Shown piece after piece: positions 37,683 through 47,074 of a stretch of DNA of 58,326 bases. The stretch spans positions 10,401 through 68,726 of the forward strand of contig CAYGDA010000003.1 in assembly GCA_964348515.1 (NCBI GenBank), written 5' to 3'. Source of the stretch: an uncultured Candidatus Saccharibacteria bacterium. GTDB taxonomy: Bacteria > Patescibacteriota > Minisyncoccia > Phycocordibacterales > UBA5272. The position numbers were made by a program, and so were the translations under genes. Below the pieces are notes generated by a model. The model was not told the origin of the DNA and did not search any database. It worked only from the letters and a program-made list of their open reading frames with translations. Numbering within the stretch: the first letter of the stretch is position 1; each line of letters opens with the position of its first letter.

Positions 37683-38303
37683 CTACAGCTCTTCAAGCAA
37701 CATCACTTCCCCGTCTTTACCGTCTATATCCTTGCGTTTTACTGTTAGCTTTTCAATTGGAGCCACTTTTTCGGCTCCGGCTTCGCGCAAAAAAAGCGGT
37801 AACGTTTTCTCGCTGTAGTTCATCGGTATTATTACTTTCGGCTCAAGCGCCACGGAAATCGATGCCGCTTCTCTGAAGGAATAACCTTCTCCTCCTTCCA
37901 CCGGGACAAACAAAATGTCCACTTCGCCTATCTCTTCTTTTTGCTCGGCATCAAGTTTGCCGGAAAGCATCCCCAACAAACATATTTTTATTCCATCCAA
38001 GGTAAGCGTGTAAATGGTATTAACATATTTTTGTTTGTCTATCAGGCACTCAGAGAAAATTCCACGCACAATGACTCCCTTAACTTCATATTCTCCGGGA
38101 CCCCTGATTTCGAACGGTTTTTTATCCCCATGGGCGACCTGTTCGAAACCGTTACATTCAATGGTGTTTACGGAGGAAAGAGCCACGTCCGCGCCAAAAC
38201 GGGTGAGCCTGCCTTTTGAGTCTTTAGAAACAGGATTATAGGCAACTACGGTATCCCCGAGCTGAAGCTTAAAAAATTCCTTGCCGTGGTAAGTAATAAT
38301 CAT
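37683..38303 (-). CDS. MBL-fold metal-dependent hydrolase (UPF0173-like)
   Basis: MIITYHGKEFFKLQ start and a beta-lactamase-fold pattern. Confidence 0.6.
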   Translation of the reverse strand: MIITYHGKEFFKLQLGDTVVAYNPVSKDSKGRLTRFGADVALSSVNTIECNGFEQVAHGDKKPFEIRGPGEYEVKGVIVRGIFSECLIDKQKYVNTIYTLTLDGIKICLLGMLSGKLDAEQKEEIGEVDILFVPVEGGEGYSFREAASISVALEPKVIIPMNYSEKTLPLFLREAGAEKVAPIEKLTVKRKDIDGKDGEVMLLEEL

Positions 38304-38373
38304 GGGTGGCAGTATACAAAAAAACACAGCCGGTTGGTAGTCCCCCTTATAAAAACAGAGTTTCTTGGCAGTA

Positions 38374-38403
38374 TTGACAAGTAGCCTATTTATGTGGTAT
38401 AAT
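38374..38403 (+). promoter_or_regulatory. near-consensus sigma70-type promoter
   Basis: TTGACA (38374-38379), an 18-nt spacer, then TGgTATAAT (extended -10, TATAAT at 38398-38403). Confidence 0.7.
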
Positions 38404-38489
38404 TAGGGGCAGATGGAAGGGGGTACAAAAAAACTCAATTCCTCTAAAAAAGTAGGTCCATTGAAAAACCAATCTTTAGGAGAATAGCC

Positions 38490-38996
38490 ATGTTTAAGAA
38501 CATCAAACGCATTACCCTCTCGGGTTTTTTCTTTTTGATGGCGTGCGCCATCGGCGGCGGGGCCCAAGCACAGGTACCGGGAACTCCACACTACGCGCAG
38601 GCCGGTTTTGATTTCGGCAGCGGCATCAACGCCTGGACAGAGGTCGCCGGTCCCAACGGGAACGGCAACCTGCAGTTCAACAGCAACCAAGCGCCCATCA
38701 TTTCCTCTTACGCGTCAACTTCGCTCGGATCTGTTTCGTTCACGGCAACGCCGTGGGCAAACGGAAACGTCTCAAGCGAGAAAGGCGGCTCGGGGAACGT
38801 GAGCATGCAGATTACGGGGTTCGGCAATATCGGCCTCGGGAAGAACGATGGAAACCTGCAAAGCTTTTCCAACTTCCAAAAGTCGATGAATTTGTCGGCC
38901 TCGTCGAACGGAAACGGCTCGGCGAACATTTCCGGAGGCTTCACCGTCTACGGGAACATGGGCACATTCAACAACCAACCGAGAACGAAACAGTAA
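38490..38996 (+). CDS. secreted N/G/S-rich repeat protein (168 aa), no family recognised
   Basis: AGGAGA RBS and a signal peptide ending GGAQAQ. Imperfect repeats NGNGNLQFNSNQ, GSGNVSMQITGFGN, DGNLQSFSNFQ and NGNGSANISGG. Confidence 0.7.
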   Translation: MFKNIKRITLSGFFFLMACAIGGGAQAQVPGTPHYAQAGFDFGSGINAWTEVAGPNGNGNLQFNSNQAPIISSYASTSLGSVSFTATPWANGNVSSEKGGSGNVSMQITGFGNIGLGKNDGNLQSFSNFQKSMNLSASSNGNGSANISGGFTVYGNMGTFNNQPRTKQ

Positions 38997-39045
38997 CGAA
39001 CCGCGGCGCCGACCGGTGCCGTGAAAAAAACAAGGAGACCCGATC

Positions 39046-39942
39046 ATGCGAGGCATTGCCGTACTGCTTGTAATTGTTTCAAACGTGGTGTGTATGAGCA
39101 ACGTCATCGCACAGAGCTCCTCCACATTCAACAACGACATGGCAATTCAAACTGGAAATTCCCAGGCAATAAACGGCACGGGAAATACCCAGAGCATCAA
39201 CTTCTCGGGGGGCAATTCACCGCTCCCCTACGCCCCGCCGGTTGCTCTTCAACAAGCATCGGCGCCGGCACTTTTCCAGATGCTCCCCAACCAAGCCGGC
39301 CTTCCGGCGGAAGTAGTGGGGTGGCAACTCGACATGGCTTACGTGAACTCCTGCAAGCCGCGCGTCGGAAAAGGAAAACTGGCCGTAGTAAAACAGGAAG
39401 GAGATTCGGGAATGACGACTTTTGTTTTCTCTGGGCATCAAAACCTGAAGAAGCAAGGGGGCGCCATCCCCGAAATCGAGGTAGACCTCTCGGGCAAAGG
39501 TACTTTTGAGTGCCTCGGGAAAGTCACTATCTCGGCCACTCCAAAAGCGGCCAAAGAGTTCCCCCTGGACATGAGCGTGATAGTGAGCGATCTCATGAAC
39601 TCCCTCGGAGAAGTACTCTCCGGTGTTGAAGGGCAAGTCGTCCTTCTCTCCCACCCAAGTTTTTGGGCGGGAGGAGTCGGGGTGTCGTCCGGAGCCAACG
39701 GGTTCTCTCTTGGTACCGGAATCTTCAACGCGGTAAGCGCCTTAACGGGTCTAACCGTTGCCCCCGGAATCACCAACACAAACGGTTCCTCATTTCCCAA
39801 TGCAAAAATCGGGATGAGTTTCATCGTCGCAAAACGAATGAAACAGGGGGACCCTGGGGCGGTAGATATCAACATCAACCCCGCGCCCATGCAAAATGTA
39901 CAACCGCTCGGCGGCAACGGAATCAAATCTGAAGCCAAGTAA
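39046..39942 (+). CDS. secreted protein (298 aa) with an N-terminal Q/N/G repeat, a P/A linker and a Gly-rich C-terminal region; no family recognised
   Basis: AAGGAGA RBS and a signal peptide ending VIAQS. Contains AIQTGNSQAINGTGNTQSINFSGGN. Confidence 0.7.
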   Translation: MRGIAVLLVIVSNVVCMSNVIAQSSSTFNNDMAIQTGNSQAINGTGNTQSINFSGGNSPLPYAPPVALQQASAPALFQMLPNQAGLPAEVVGWQLDMAYVNSCKPRVGKGKLAVVKQEGDSGMTTFVFSGHQNLKKQGGAIPEIEVDLSGKGTFECLGKVTISATPKAAKEFPLDMSVIVSDLMNSLGEVLSGVEGQVVLLSHPSFWAGGVGVSSGANGFSLGTGIFNAVSALTGLTVAPGITNTNGSSFPNAKIGMSFIVAKRMKQGDPGAVDININPAPMQNVQPLGGNGIKSEAK

Positions 39943-39962
39943 TGCCAAGCACCTTTAAACCC

Positions 39963-39994
39963 CCGCCCTGAGCTACAAGCCAGGGCGGTTTTTT
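39963..39994 (+). terminator. intrinsic terminator
   Basis: CCGCCCTG-agctacaagc-CAGGGCGG followed by TTTTTT. Confidence 0.8.
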
Positions 39995-40081
39995 ATTTCT
40001 TATAAAAAAATTATCCCGGTCAGTTACAAACAAAAATCATTGCTACTCGTCAAATAAAAATTTATACTTACAACAAATCCG

Positions 40082-41167
40082 ATGAAGAAATCCGCTATTT
40101 TATTTTTTACATTATTTCTCTATTTGCCGGCGCTTGTAACCGCGCAGGCTGTCTTGGGCGGCACTCCGGAACCGGCCGCCGGTTCTCAAGTTTCTTCCAC
40201 CTCTTCAAACACCTCAAATTCTTCCTGTACGATAATAACCCGCGATCTCAGGTACACGGCCGTAAGCAGCCGGACCGGCGGTGAAGTAACGGTTCTGCAA
40301 AATTTTTTAAAGGCGAAGGGATATCTTAACACCGAACCTACCGGCAGATTCGGACTTGCCACTCTTCAGGCCGTAAGGGACTTCCAACTGGCTAAAGGCC
40401 TGCCGACGACCGGAAACGTCGCGACTCTCACGGCGGCAAAAATAAATGAAATTAATTGCGCGGGGAGCGCCGGTGCCACAAGCGGAACAACTTCCGGAAC
40501 AGTATCGGGCACTCCCCAAAATACCGTGGTTACAAACCTGATTCAGGGATTCAGCGTTTTCCCTACAAGTATTGTCCAGGGACAATTGGCCACGCTAAGC
40601 TGGAGCTCCTCGGCAGACCACTGTGTTATTTCAAATAAAGTTGATTCCGGCAATTGGGTTCGCTCAAGGATTATAACTGAAGGGCAAGGTTCAGTAAGTG
40701 TAGCGCCGCAGGGCTCCGCCCAATACAAACTTTCCTGCTATGACAGACGCGACGAGGCCGGAGCCATAACTGAACGCGAAGTCTCCGTGGGTTCCGACGC
40801 TCCGCCAACAGCCACGATAAGGTCATTCACCGCGAGCCCGGCGACAACCGACCCCGGACAACTTTCAAAATTCAAGTGGGACGCTGTTGCGGACCATTGC
40901 GTAATATCAAACAAAGATTCCATGGGTAACTGGGCAAGAATAACTTCCATGTACGGACAAGCCGGTGAATATGTCACGGCTCCCATGAGTACATCAAAAT
41001 ACCGCCTGTCCTGCTTTAGCGATTTAAATGAAAATACCCCCCGAACCGACAGAGAGCTGACCGTTACGGTAAACGGAACCCCTGATCTTTCAGCTTCCAA
41101 TTCAACTACCGCCATATCCGGCTCGTGTCCAACCGGGACAACGCTTCACGGAACTTCCTGCTGGTAA
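40082..41167 (+). CDS. secreted protein with a PG_binding_1-like domain and two tandem ~95-aa repeat domains
   Basis: Signal peptide, LQNFLKAKGYL...GRFGLATLQAVRDFQ, and duplicated ADHCVISNK...Y[KR]LSC[YF] modules. Confidence 0.7.
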   Translation: MKKSAILFFTLFLYLPALVTAQAVLGGTPEPAAGSQVSSTSSNTSNSSCTIITRDLRYTAVSSRTGGEVTVLQNFLKAKGYLNTEPTGRFGLATLQAVRDFQLAKGLPTTGNVATLTAAKINEINCAGSAGATSGTTSGTVSGTPQNTVVTNLIQGFSVFPTSIVQGQLATLSWSSSADHCVISNKVDSGNWVRSRIITEGQGSVSVAPQGSAQYKLSCYDRRDEAGAITEREVSVGSDAPPTATIRSFTASPATTDPGQLSKFKWDAVADHCVISNKDSMGNWARITSMYGQAGEYVTAPMSTSKYRLSCFSDLNENTPRTDRELTVTVNGTPDLSASNSTTAISGSCPTGTTLHGTSCW

Positions 41168-41196
41168 ACCGGTATACGGCGCCCAAACCGCAAGCA

Positions 41197-41225
41197 TTGC
41201 AAAAAACCGCGGTGCGTGTTACATT
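41197..41225 (+). promoter_or_regulatory. candidate promoter for rpsA
   Basis: TTGCAA, a 17-nt spacer, then TACATT. Confidence 0.3.
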
Positions 41226-41379
41226 CACGCAATCGTTTGAGAACCTGTTTGAAAAATCAATACGATTATTAAAGTCTCTTTAGGACTAAACCCGCGTCTC
41301 TCTGTGAGTAAATGAGCCGGACACCTAAGGGAAGTGCGATTTTCGCCTCCTTTTGGAGGCAATTTTTGTTTTAAAATTT

Positions 41380-42435
41380 ATGACTACTGTAACAGAACCA
41401 AAAATCGACGGGCCGAAAATGCTGCGTGTCGAAGAAATAGTGGAAGGACCGGTTATCGCAATAGAGCCATCGTCGGTTTACGTTGATCTTCCTCCATACG
41501 GAACCGGAATTATATACGGGATAGAATTCATCCAGGCTAAAGACGTTATCCGGAAAATTAATATAGGCGACATAATAAAAGCCAAAATAATTCTCCGTGA
41601 AAATGACGACGGTTATATAGAACTGTCTCTCCGCGAAGCCAAGCAAGCCCTCATTTGGAGCGATGCCGAAGCGGCCATACAAAACAAAACCGTCATCGAT
41701 CTCGTTGTAAAAGAAGCCAACAAGGGCGGTCTTATAATGGAGTGGCAGGGGCTGAGCGGATTTTTACCCGCGTCCCAGCTTAAATCTGAAAATTACCCGC
41801 GCGTTGCCGACGGCGACAAGGACAAAATCCTGCGCGAACTTAAAAAACTTATCGGAAAGCGAATATCAGTTTGCATAATCGGAGCAACCCCGAAAGAAGG
41901 AAAACTCATCTTCTCGGAAAAAGATACTTCCCTTAAGGAAAAAACCGAGATTGTTTCCCGCTATACTCTTGGGGACGAAATAGAAGGCCCGATTACCGGA
42001 ATCGTTGATTTCGGAGTATTCGTAAAAATAGAAGAGGGATTGGAGGGATTGGTGCACATCTCCGAAATCAGCTGGGCTCTCATTGACGATCCGCGCTCGC
42101 TTTTCAAGGTGGGAGACGTCGTCAAAGCCAAAATCATTGAGATTAAAGACGGAAAAATTTCTCTTTCCATCAAAGCCCTGACACCAAATCCGTGGAGCGA
42201 TGCCGATAAAAAATACAACAAGGGCGACACAGTTAAGGGTGTTGTAATCAAGTTCAACAAGCACGGGGCTCTTGTCTCCATAGAAGAAGGAGTTGCCGGC
42301 CTTGTTCATGTTTCCGAGTTCGGTTCAGAAGCCAAACTAAAGGAAAACATAAGTCTCGGAAAAACTTACGATTTTCAAATCACATTCTTTGAACCAAAGG
42401 AACAAAGAATGACCCTCTCGTACGTAAAAAAATAA
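41380..42435 (+). CDS. rpsA: 30S ribosomal protein S1 (four S1 domains)
   Basis: Repeated S1 OB-fold motifs (GxVxxIxxFGxFV, GLVHISE). Confidence 0.9.
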   Translation: MTTVTEPKIDGPKMLRVEEIVEGPVIAIEPSSVYVDLPPYGTGIIYGIEFIQAKDVIRKINIGDIIKAKIILRENDDGYIELSLREAKQALIWSDAEAAIQNKTVIDLVVKEANKGGLIMEWQGLSGFLPASQLKSENYPRVADGDKDKILRELKKLIGKRISVCIIGATPKEGKLIFSEKDTSLKEKTEIVSRYTLGDEIEGPITGIVDFGVFVKIEEGLEGLVHISEISWALIDDPRSLFKVGDVVKAKIIEIKDGKISLSIKALTPNPWSDADKKYNKGDTVKGVVIKFNKHGALVSIEEGVAGLVHVSEFGSEAKLKENISLGKTYDFQITFFEPKEQRMTLSYVKK

Positions 42436-42448
42436 GAACAAAAAAAAC

Positions 42449-42474
42449 AAAACCCCGCCCAAAAGCGGGGTTTT
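42449..42474 (+). terminator. intrinsic terminator
   Basis: AAAACCCCGC-ccaaaa-GCGGGGTTTT. Confidence 0.8.
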
Positions 42475-42605
42475 GTAACACACTAAAAATTTTAGGAGTT
42501 ATAGAAACCAGCGCGGAGACAACTGTGGTCACAGCATCTCTCGCGGCACTACGAAAAGGAATCAAAACGTTGCAACAAAACAGGGCTCGTAGTATACCTC
42601 TTTTA

Positions 42606-43199
42606 ATGGAGACACAATCGGATACAGAAGAACAAAATATAACTCATAAAAGAGATGAGGAAATTCTTTCCTTATCTCTCAGTCATCCCGCCCTCTACGA
42701 GGTCATAGTTGACCGCTATGAGGAAGCTTTCAAGCGCAAGGCCCGGAAAGTTCTGCGCACCGAAGAAGACGTCGAGGACGCCGTTCAGGAAACATTTGTG
42801 CGTATATACACCGGCGCACCGAGATTTAAGACAGTGGAAGGGGCAAGCTTCAAATCCTGGGGGTATAAAATACTGATGAATACGTGTTTTACACACTATC
42901 AGAAGAAAAAGAAGGAAGAAGAATTTTTCTCTCTTCTGGATTTGGATGATGAGTTTGCTGAAATAATTCCCGACAAGGACGAGTTACACAGAATGGAGGC
43001 GAAAATAAACGGTGAATTCGCCCTTTCCCTGGTCTCCAAGCTTCCGGAGATGCTAAAACGTGCCATAACGATGTATTTCATCGAAGAACGGCCGCAAAAG
43101 GAAATCGCCAAGCTTGAGGGAGTCTCGGAGGGGGTAATACGCACCCGCATACACCGCGCCAAAAAAGAACTGCGTAAAATTATGAACAGTCAAAATTAA
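42606..43199 (+). CDS. RNA polymerase sigma factor, sigma-70 (ECF-like) family
   Basis: Region 2 EDAVQETFVRIY and region 4 HTH KEIAKLEGVSEGVIRTRIHRAKKEL. Confidence 0.8.
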   Translation: METQSDTEEQNITHKRDEEILSLSLSHPALYEVIVDRYEEAFKRKARKVLRTEEDVEDAVQETFVRIYTGAPRFKTVEGASFKSWGYKILMNTCFTHYQKKKKEEEFFSLLDLDDEFAEIIPDKDELHRMEAKINGEFALSLVSKLPEMLKRAITMYFIEERPQKEIAKLEGVSEGVIRTRIHRAKKELRKIMNSQN

Positions 43200-43212
43200 A
43201 AATATAAATAAT

Positions 43213-43542
43213 ATGGAAACTACAAAAACAATAATAATGCGCCGTGTCACCCGCATATATCACATGCGCAGGGCTCTCGCCCTTCTTACGGCTAAACCCC
43301 TGTGGCTTATGGCTCTTGCTGTATTTTTGGCAAAATCGGTTTCTGTTGCGGATGTGCTCAAAAACCGCCCGGCTTGGTCAAGTGTTTCCGAGAACTTCTC
43401 TTTCTGGAGTTATGCAATCACGCATACCGGATATTCCGTGCAACTAATGGTTATCCTCTCTGTAGCAGTTGGATTGTTCTTCGTGCGTGATTTGGTAAAA
43501 CTTTCCTTCCGCGGGGATTTATCTTTCTATCGCGTTAATTAG
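43213..43542 (+). CDS. small membrane protein, candidate anti-sigma partner
   Basis: 109-aa ORF with two to three TM helices, 13 nt after the sigma factor gene. Confidence 0.35.
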   Translation: METTKTIIMRRVTRIYHMRRALALLTAKPLWLMALAVFLAKSVSVADVLKNRPAWSSVSENFSFWSYAITHTGYSVQLMVILSVAVGLFFVRDLVKLSFRGDLSFYRVN

Positions 43543-44125
43543 ATACGCTCATTGCTTTTTCACGGCCTTCAGCGACAAGCGTCTCAATAGATTCCACGGC
43601 TCTTTTGGCGGTTTTCTTCAAGGTTTCAGTTTCTTTGTCGGAAAAATTCCCCAAAATAAAATCCTGAACTTTCTTCTCTCCCTGCGGTTTTTTAATTTTC
43701 CCGCCTGGAGTAACGGGTGAGATACCTATTCTGATTCGCACAAACTCCCGCGTTTTTAGCGCCCTGATTACCGAATCCAACCCCCTGTGCCCTCCGCTCC
43801 CGCGGTTAAACGAAAGTTTAAAACTGCCGGCCGGCAAGTCGAGATCATCATAAATAACAACAGTACGTTCAGCGTCTTTTTTACTCTTCACAAACCCCGC
43901 CACGCTCTTTCCTGAATTATTCATAAAACCTTCAGGCAAAAGAAAGATGAGCGAGTGCTTGCCGTGGCTGCCTTTGGCGGTAAGTGCCTTCATCGTTTTT
44001 TCCGTCTTCCACTCCGTGGCGTCAAACTTTTTTGCCGCCACAGACGCAACAATTCTTCCGGTGTTGTGTCTGGTATTTTTATATTCTTCTCCGGGATTTC
44101 CGAGCCCCACAATAAAATATTTCAT
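43535..44125 (-). CDS. pth: peptidyl-tRNA hydrolase
   Basis: MKYFIVGLGNPGEEYKNTRHNTG and GGHRGL. Confidence 0.95.
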   Translation of the reverse strand: MKYFIVGLGNPGEEYKNTRHNTGRIVASVAAKKFDATEWKTEKTMKALTAKGSHGKHSLIFLLPEGFMNNSGKSVAGFVKSKKDAERTVVIYDDLDLPAGSFKLSFNRGSGGHRGLDSVIRALKTREFVRIRIGISPVTPGGKIKKPQGEKKVQDFILGNFSDKETETLKKTAKRAVESIETLVAEGREKAMSVSN

Positions 44126-44183
44126 TGAATGGAAGTATATCGCAATTTGTGGCGCGGAAGAAAAGGTGGAATAATCGGCTGAT

Positions 44184-45014
44184 ATGATGGAAAAAAACCC
44201 GGGCAGTAACCCAGATCACTCCCAAATAGAAACGAGTTCCCCCTTTATTGAATTTGCCCACAAGAAAGCTGTGGCATCTCTTGTGGAGAACGCCATAGAC
44301 CCCAAATCTTTCAAAAATTACGGAGAGGCGAACCTGGCTGCCGATATGGCCTATGTTGAAAAAAGAAAGAAGCAATTTGAAGCTGACGAAAACAAAAAAC
44401 TGGCCGACATATTTGAAGCTTTATTTATAGACGCGGGAGAACTGAATAACTGGATAGGAGACAAAACAGTGATAACAAAGACAGCTGAGTATGACGACAT
44501 AGCCCACGGAATTGACGCCATAGTGGAGTTTGAAGAAACAGAAAACACATACGCCCACCTGGCTACGGCCATAGACGTTACCTTCAGCGGAATGAGCGTA
44601 AGAGAAAAACTGGCTTCCCTTCTGGAAAATATCAAAAACGGAAAGCTCGGAACCATAAAATATTTCCGTTCCGACCGAGACCGTTTTATAGGAGAAAAAA
44701 GGCAGGTGCCGCAGGCGATAATAGGCATTGAACGCGAAACTGTACTTGAACTGGCGGGGCTTTGGGTAAACCACAAAACAAAAGAGTTAGAGTCCCATCC
44801 GGTTCAACGTCTGATATTGGAAGAACTGCTCCTTCAGCTTAAGGCTTTCCGGGAATTTGCCGCCAAAGTCGGACAAAACGACCTCGTGCTGATATATGAC
44901 CGTGAAATAAAAATACTGCGCAAACTCCTTCTGAGCAAACAGCACATAAGATTGGAGGGTCTTTCCGATGACAAAGTTTTATCTTCACTCAAAGCAGAAC
45001 TCGCAAATATATAA
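44184..45014 (+). CDS. hypothetical protein, no family recognised
   Basis: 276-aa ORF. Confidence 0.5.
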   Translation: MMEKNPGSNPDHSQIETSSPFIEFAHKKAVASLVENAIDPKSFKNYGEANLAADMAYVEKRKKQFEADENKKLADIFEALFIDAGELNNWIGDKTVITKTAEYDDIAHGIDAIVEFEETENTYAHLATAIDVTFSGMSVREKLASLLENIKNGKLGTIKYFRSDRDRFIGEKRQVPQAIIGIERETVLELAGLWVNHKTKELESHPVQRLILEELLLQLKAFREFAAKVGQNDLVLIYDREIKILRKLLLSKQHIRLEGLSDDKVLSSLKAELANI

Positions 45015-45067
45015 GTAAAAACCGGTTGTTTGCGCCTCTCGATTCTTTCCTTTACAATACGACCACT

Positions 45068-45682
45068 ATGAATTCCACTTTCGGACGTTTCTTAACAAAA
45101 TTCAGGGAATGGAAAGGAACGCACGAGGATGACTGGGACGCGATACGTTTTTTTGTGATAGTCGCCGCGGTGATGTTTCTTATAGTACGCCCGTTTATAG
45201 TGCAGCCCTTCATCGTTGACGGCCGCTCAATGGCGCCGACATTTGATACCAACGATTATCTTTTAGTGGACAAAATTTCCCCGCGCTTCACGGAATTTAA
45301 GCGCGGGGACGTGGTTGTTTTTCTTTTCCCCAATAAAAACAAGGATCCCCGCTACGCCAACCGCTACTTCATAAAGCGCATAATCGGCCTGCCGGGAGAA
45401 GAAGTAAAAATAGACGGCGATTCAACTACAATTGTCTCCGAGTTTCATCCCGACGGAATGAAACTCTCCGAACCGTATGTAACCCTTCATGCTCTTAATA
45501 TTTCAGTGGATAAAAAACTTGGGGCTAATGAATATTTCGTGATGGGCGACAACCGCGCGGAAAGCTATGATTCGCGCTATTGGGGACCTCTTGAAGAAAA
45601 TTTTATTTCCGGCCGCGCGTTTTTGCGCCTGTTCCCGCTGACCGGTATTGGTATTTTCCCCGGAAATTTCCACTCTTATTAG
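45068..45682 (+). CDS. lepB: signal peptidase I
   Basis: GRSMAPTF Ser box, KRIIGLPGE Lys box, GDNRAESYDSRYWG. Confidence 0.9.
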   Translation: MNSTFGRFLTKFREWKGTHEDDWDAIRFFVIVAAVMFLIVRPFIVQPFIVDGRSMAPTFDTNDYLLVDKISPRFTEFKRGDVVVFLFPNKNKDPRYANRYFIKRIIGLPGEEVKIDGDSTTIVSEFHPDGMKLSEPYVTLHALNISVDKKLGANEYFVMGDNRAESYDSRYWGPLEENFISGRAFLRLFPLTGIGIFPGNFHSY

Positions 45683-45690
45683 AATAAAAA

Positions 45691-47022
45691 ATGCCTATGC
45701 TGAATAAATTTAAAAAAATAACTTCGCTCGGAAAGGAAAAAGAAAACCTTATCCAGTCTCCCAAAGGAATGAGCGACGTGCAGGCTGACGAATACTATCA
45801 GCTCCAGGGGATGTTCGAAAAAGCGCAGGAAGTAGCGATATATTACGGATTCAAACCAATTGAAACGCCTGTACTTGAGTACGAACACATTTTTACCACA
45901 ACAATAGGCGAAGGTACCGATATAGTGGACAAAGAAATGTACACACTGCGCACCAAAGGAGGAGACCATTTGGCTATGCGCCCTGAATACACCGCCGGGG
46001 TTATGCGTTCTTATATTGAGCAGGGCATGCAGGCTCTTCCCCAGCCGGTGATGCTCTACAGTTACGGCTCAGTTTTCCGCCACGAACGTCCCCAACGCGG
46101 GCGCCTGCGGGAATTCCGCCAGTTCAACCTGGAAATGATTGGCAGTGAAAAAAGCATAACCGACGCGATTATTATCCGCACGGTTATGACAATACTTGAG
46201 GAATTCGGTTTCAAGGATCTTACGGTAGACATAAACAGCATGGGAGACAAGGACTCCAGGGTTAAGTTTGTCCGCGAGCTTACCGCTTATTACAAAAAAC
46301 ACCTGAGCTCCATTTGCTCGAACTGCAAAGAACGCATTAAGACAAACCCGCTCCGACTTTTGGACTGCAAAGAAGAAGCCTGCGCGTCATTCAAAGAAGG
46401 GGCTCCTAATTCCATTTCATTCCTTTCCAGCGACTCAAAACAGCACTTCAAAGAAACTTTGGAATATCTTGAAGAAATGGAAATACCGTACCGGATTAAT
46501 CACACTCTTGCCCGCGGACTTTCCTATTACACCAATACGGTTTTTGAAGTCATAAAAACGGAAACGAACGAAGACGGAACGACAAAAGAAATCACCATAA
46601 ACGGCGGTGGCAGATACGACTACCTGGCAAAAACTCTCGGTTCAAAGAAGGACATACCGAGCGTAGGGTCAGCATTGGGTTTCGAACGCATCATGCTTTT
46701 CCCGGAATGCAAAAAACTTTCCCCCCGCATAATCAAGAAGCCAAAAGTATACTTCATACAACTTGGAGCCGACGCAAAACTGAAAAGCCTGAAAGTCGTG
46801 GAAATACTGCGAAAAGCCCGGGTACCGATAGTGCACTCACTTTCCAGAGATACCCTGGCAACCCAACTTGGTACCGCGGAAAAACTCGGAATTCCCTACA
46901 CGATAATATTCGGGCAAAAGGAAGCCGTGGAAAATGCGGCAATCGTGCGGAATATGGAAAACCGCTCCCAGGAAACAGTAAAGATAGAAAAGCTCCAGGA
47001 ATACCTTAAAAATCTGGATTAG
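45691..47022 (+). CDS. hisS: histidine--tRNA ligase
   Basis: Class II motifs (FRHERPQRGRLREF, GGGRYD) and a C-terminal anticodon-binding domain. Confidence 0.95.
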   Translation: MPMLNKFKKITSLGKEKENLIQSPKGMSDVQADEYYQLQGMFEKAQEVAIYYGFKPIETPVLEYEHIFTTTIGEGTDIVDKEMYTLRTKGGDHLAMRPEYTAGVMRSYIEQGMQALPQPVMLYSYGSVFRHERPQRGRLREFRQFNLEMIGSEKSITDAIIIRTVMTILEEFGFKDLTVDINSMGDKDSRVKFVRELTAYYKKHLSSICSNCKERIKTNPLRLLDCKEEACASFKEGAPNSISFLSSDSKQHFKETLEYLEEMEIPYRINHTLARGLSYYTNTVFEVIKTETNEDGTTKEITINGGGRYDYLAKTLGSKKDIPSVGSALGFERIMLFPECKKLSPRIIKKPKVYFIQLGADAKLKSLKVVEILRKARVPIVHSLSRDTLATQLGTAEKLGIPYTIIFGQKEAVENAAIVRNMENRSQETVKIEKLQEYLKNLD

Positions 47023-47074
47023 AGCAGACAGAGACCGTTGCCAAGCGGGATTACCCGTGGTAGGATAGCCGACT

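Noticed and set aside
38403-39938. Several minus-strand ORFs (95-166 aa) across the GC-rich cassette
   Set aside because: High GC suppresses stop codons on all frames. The plus-strand ORFs have the promoter, RBSs, signal peptides and terminator. The minus-strand ORFs have none of these.
42522-42533. 12-mer ACTGTGGTCACA shared with 58210-58221, as a possible fourth spacer-element copy
   Set aside because: Similarity does not extend beyond 12 nt. Hundreds of 12-mer coincidences are expected by chance in an all-against-all comparison of a 58-kb window.
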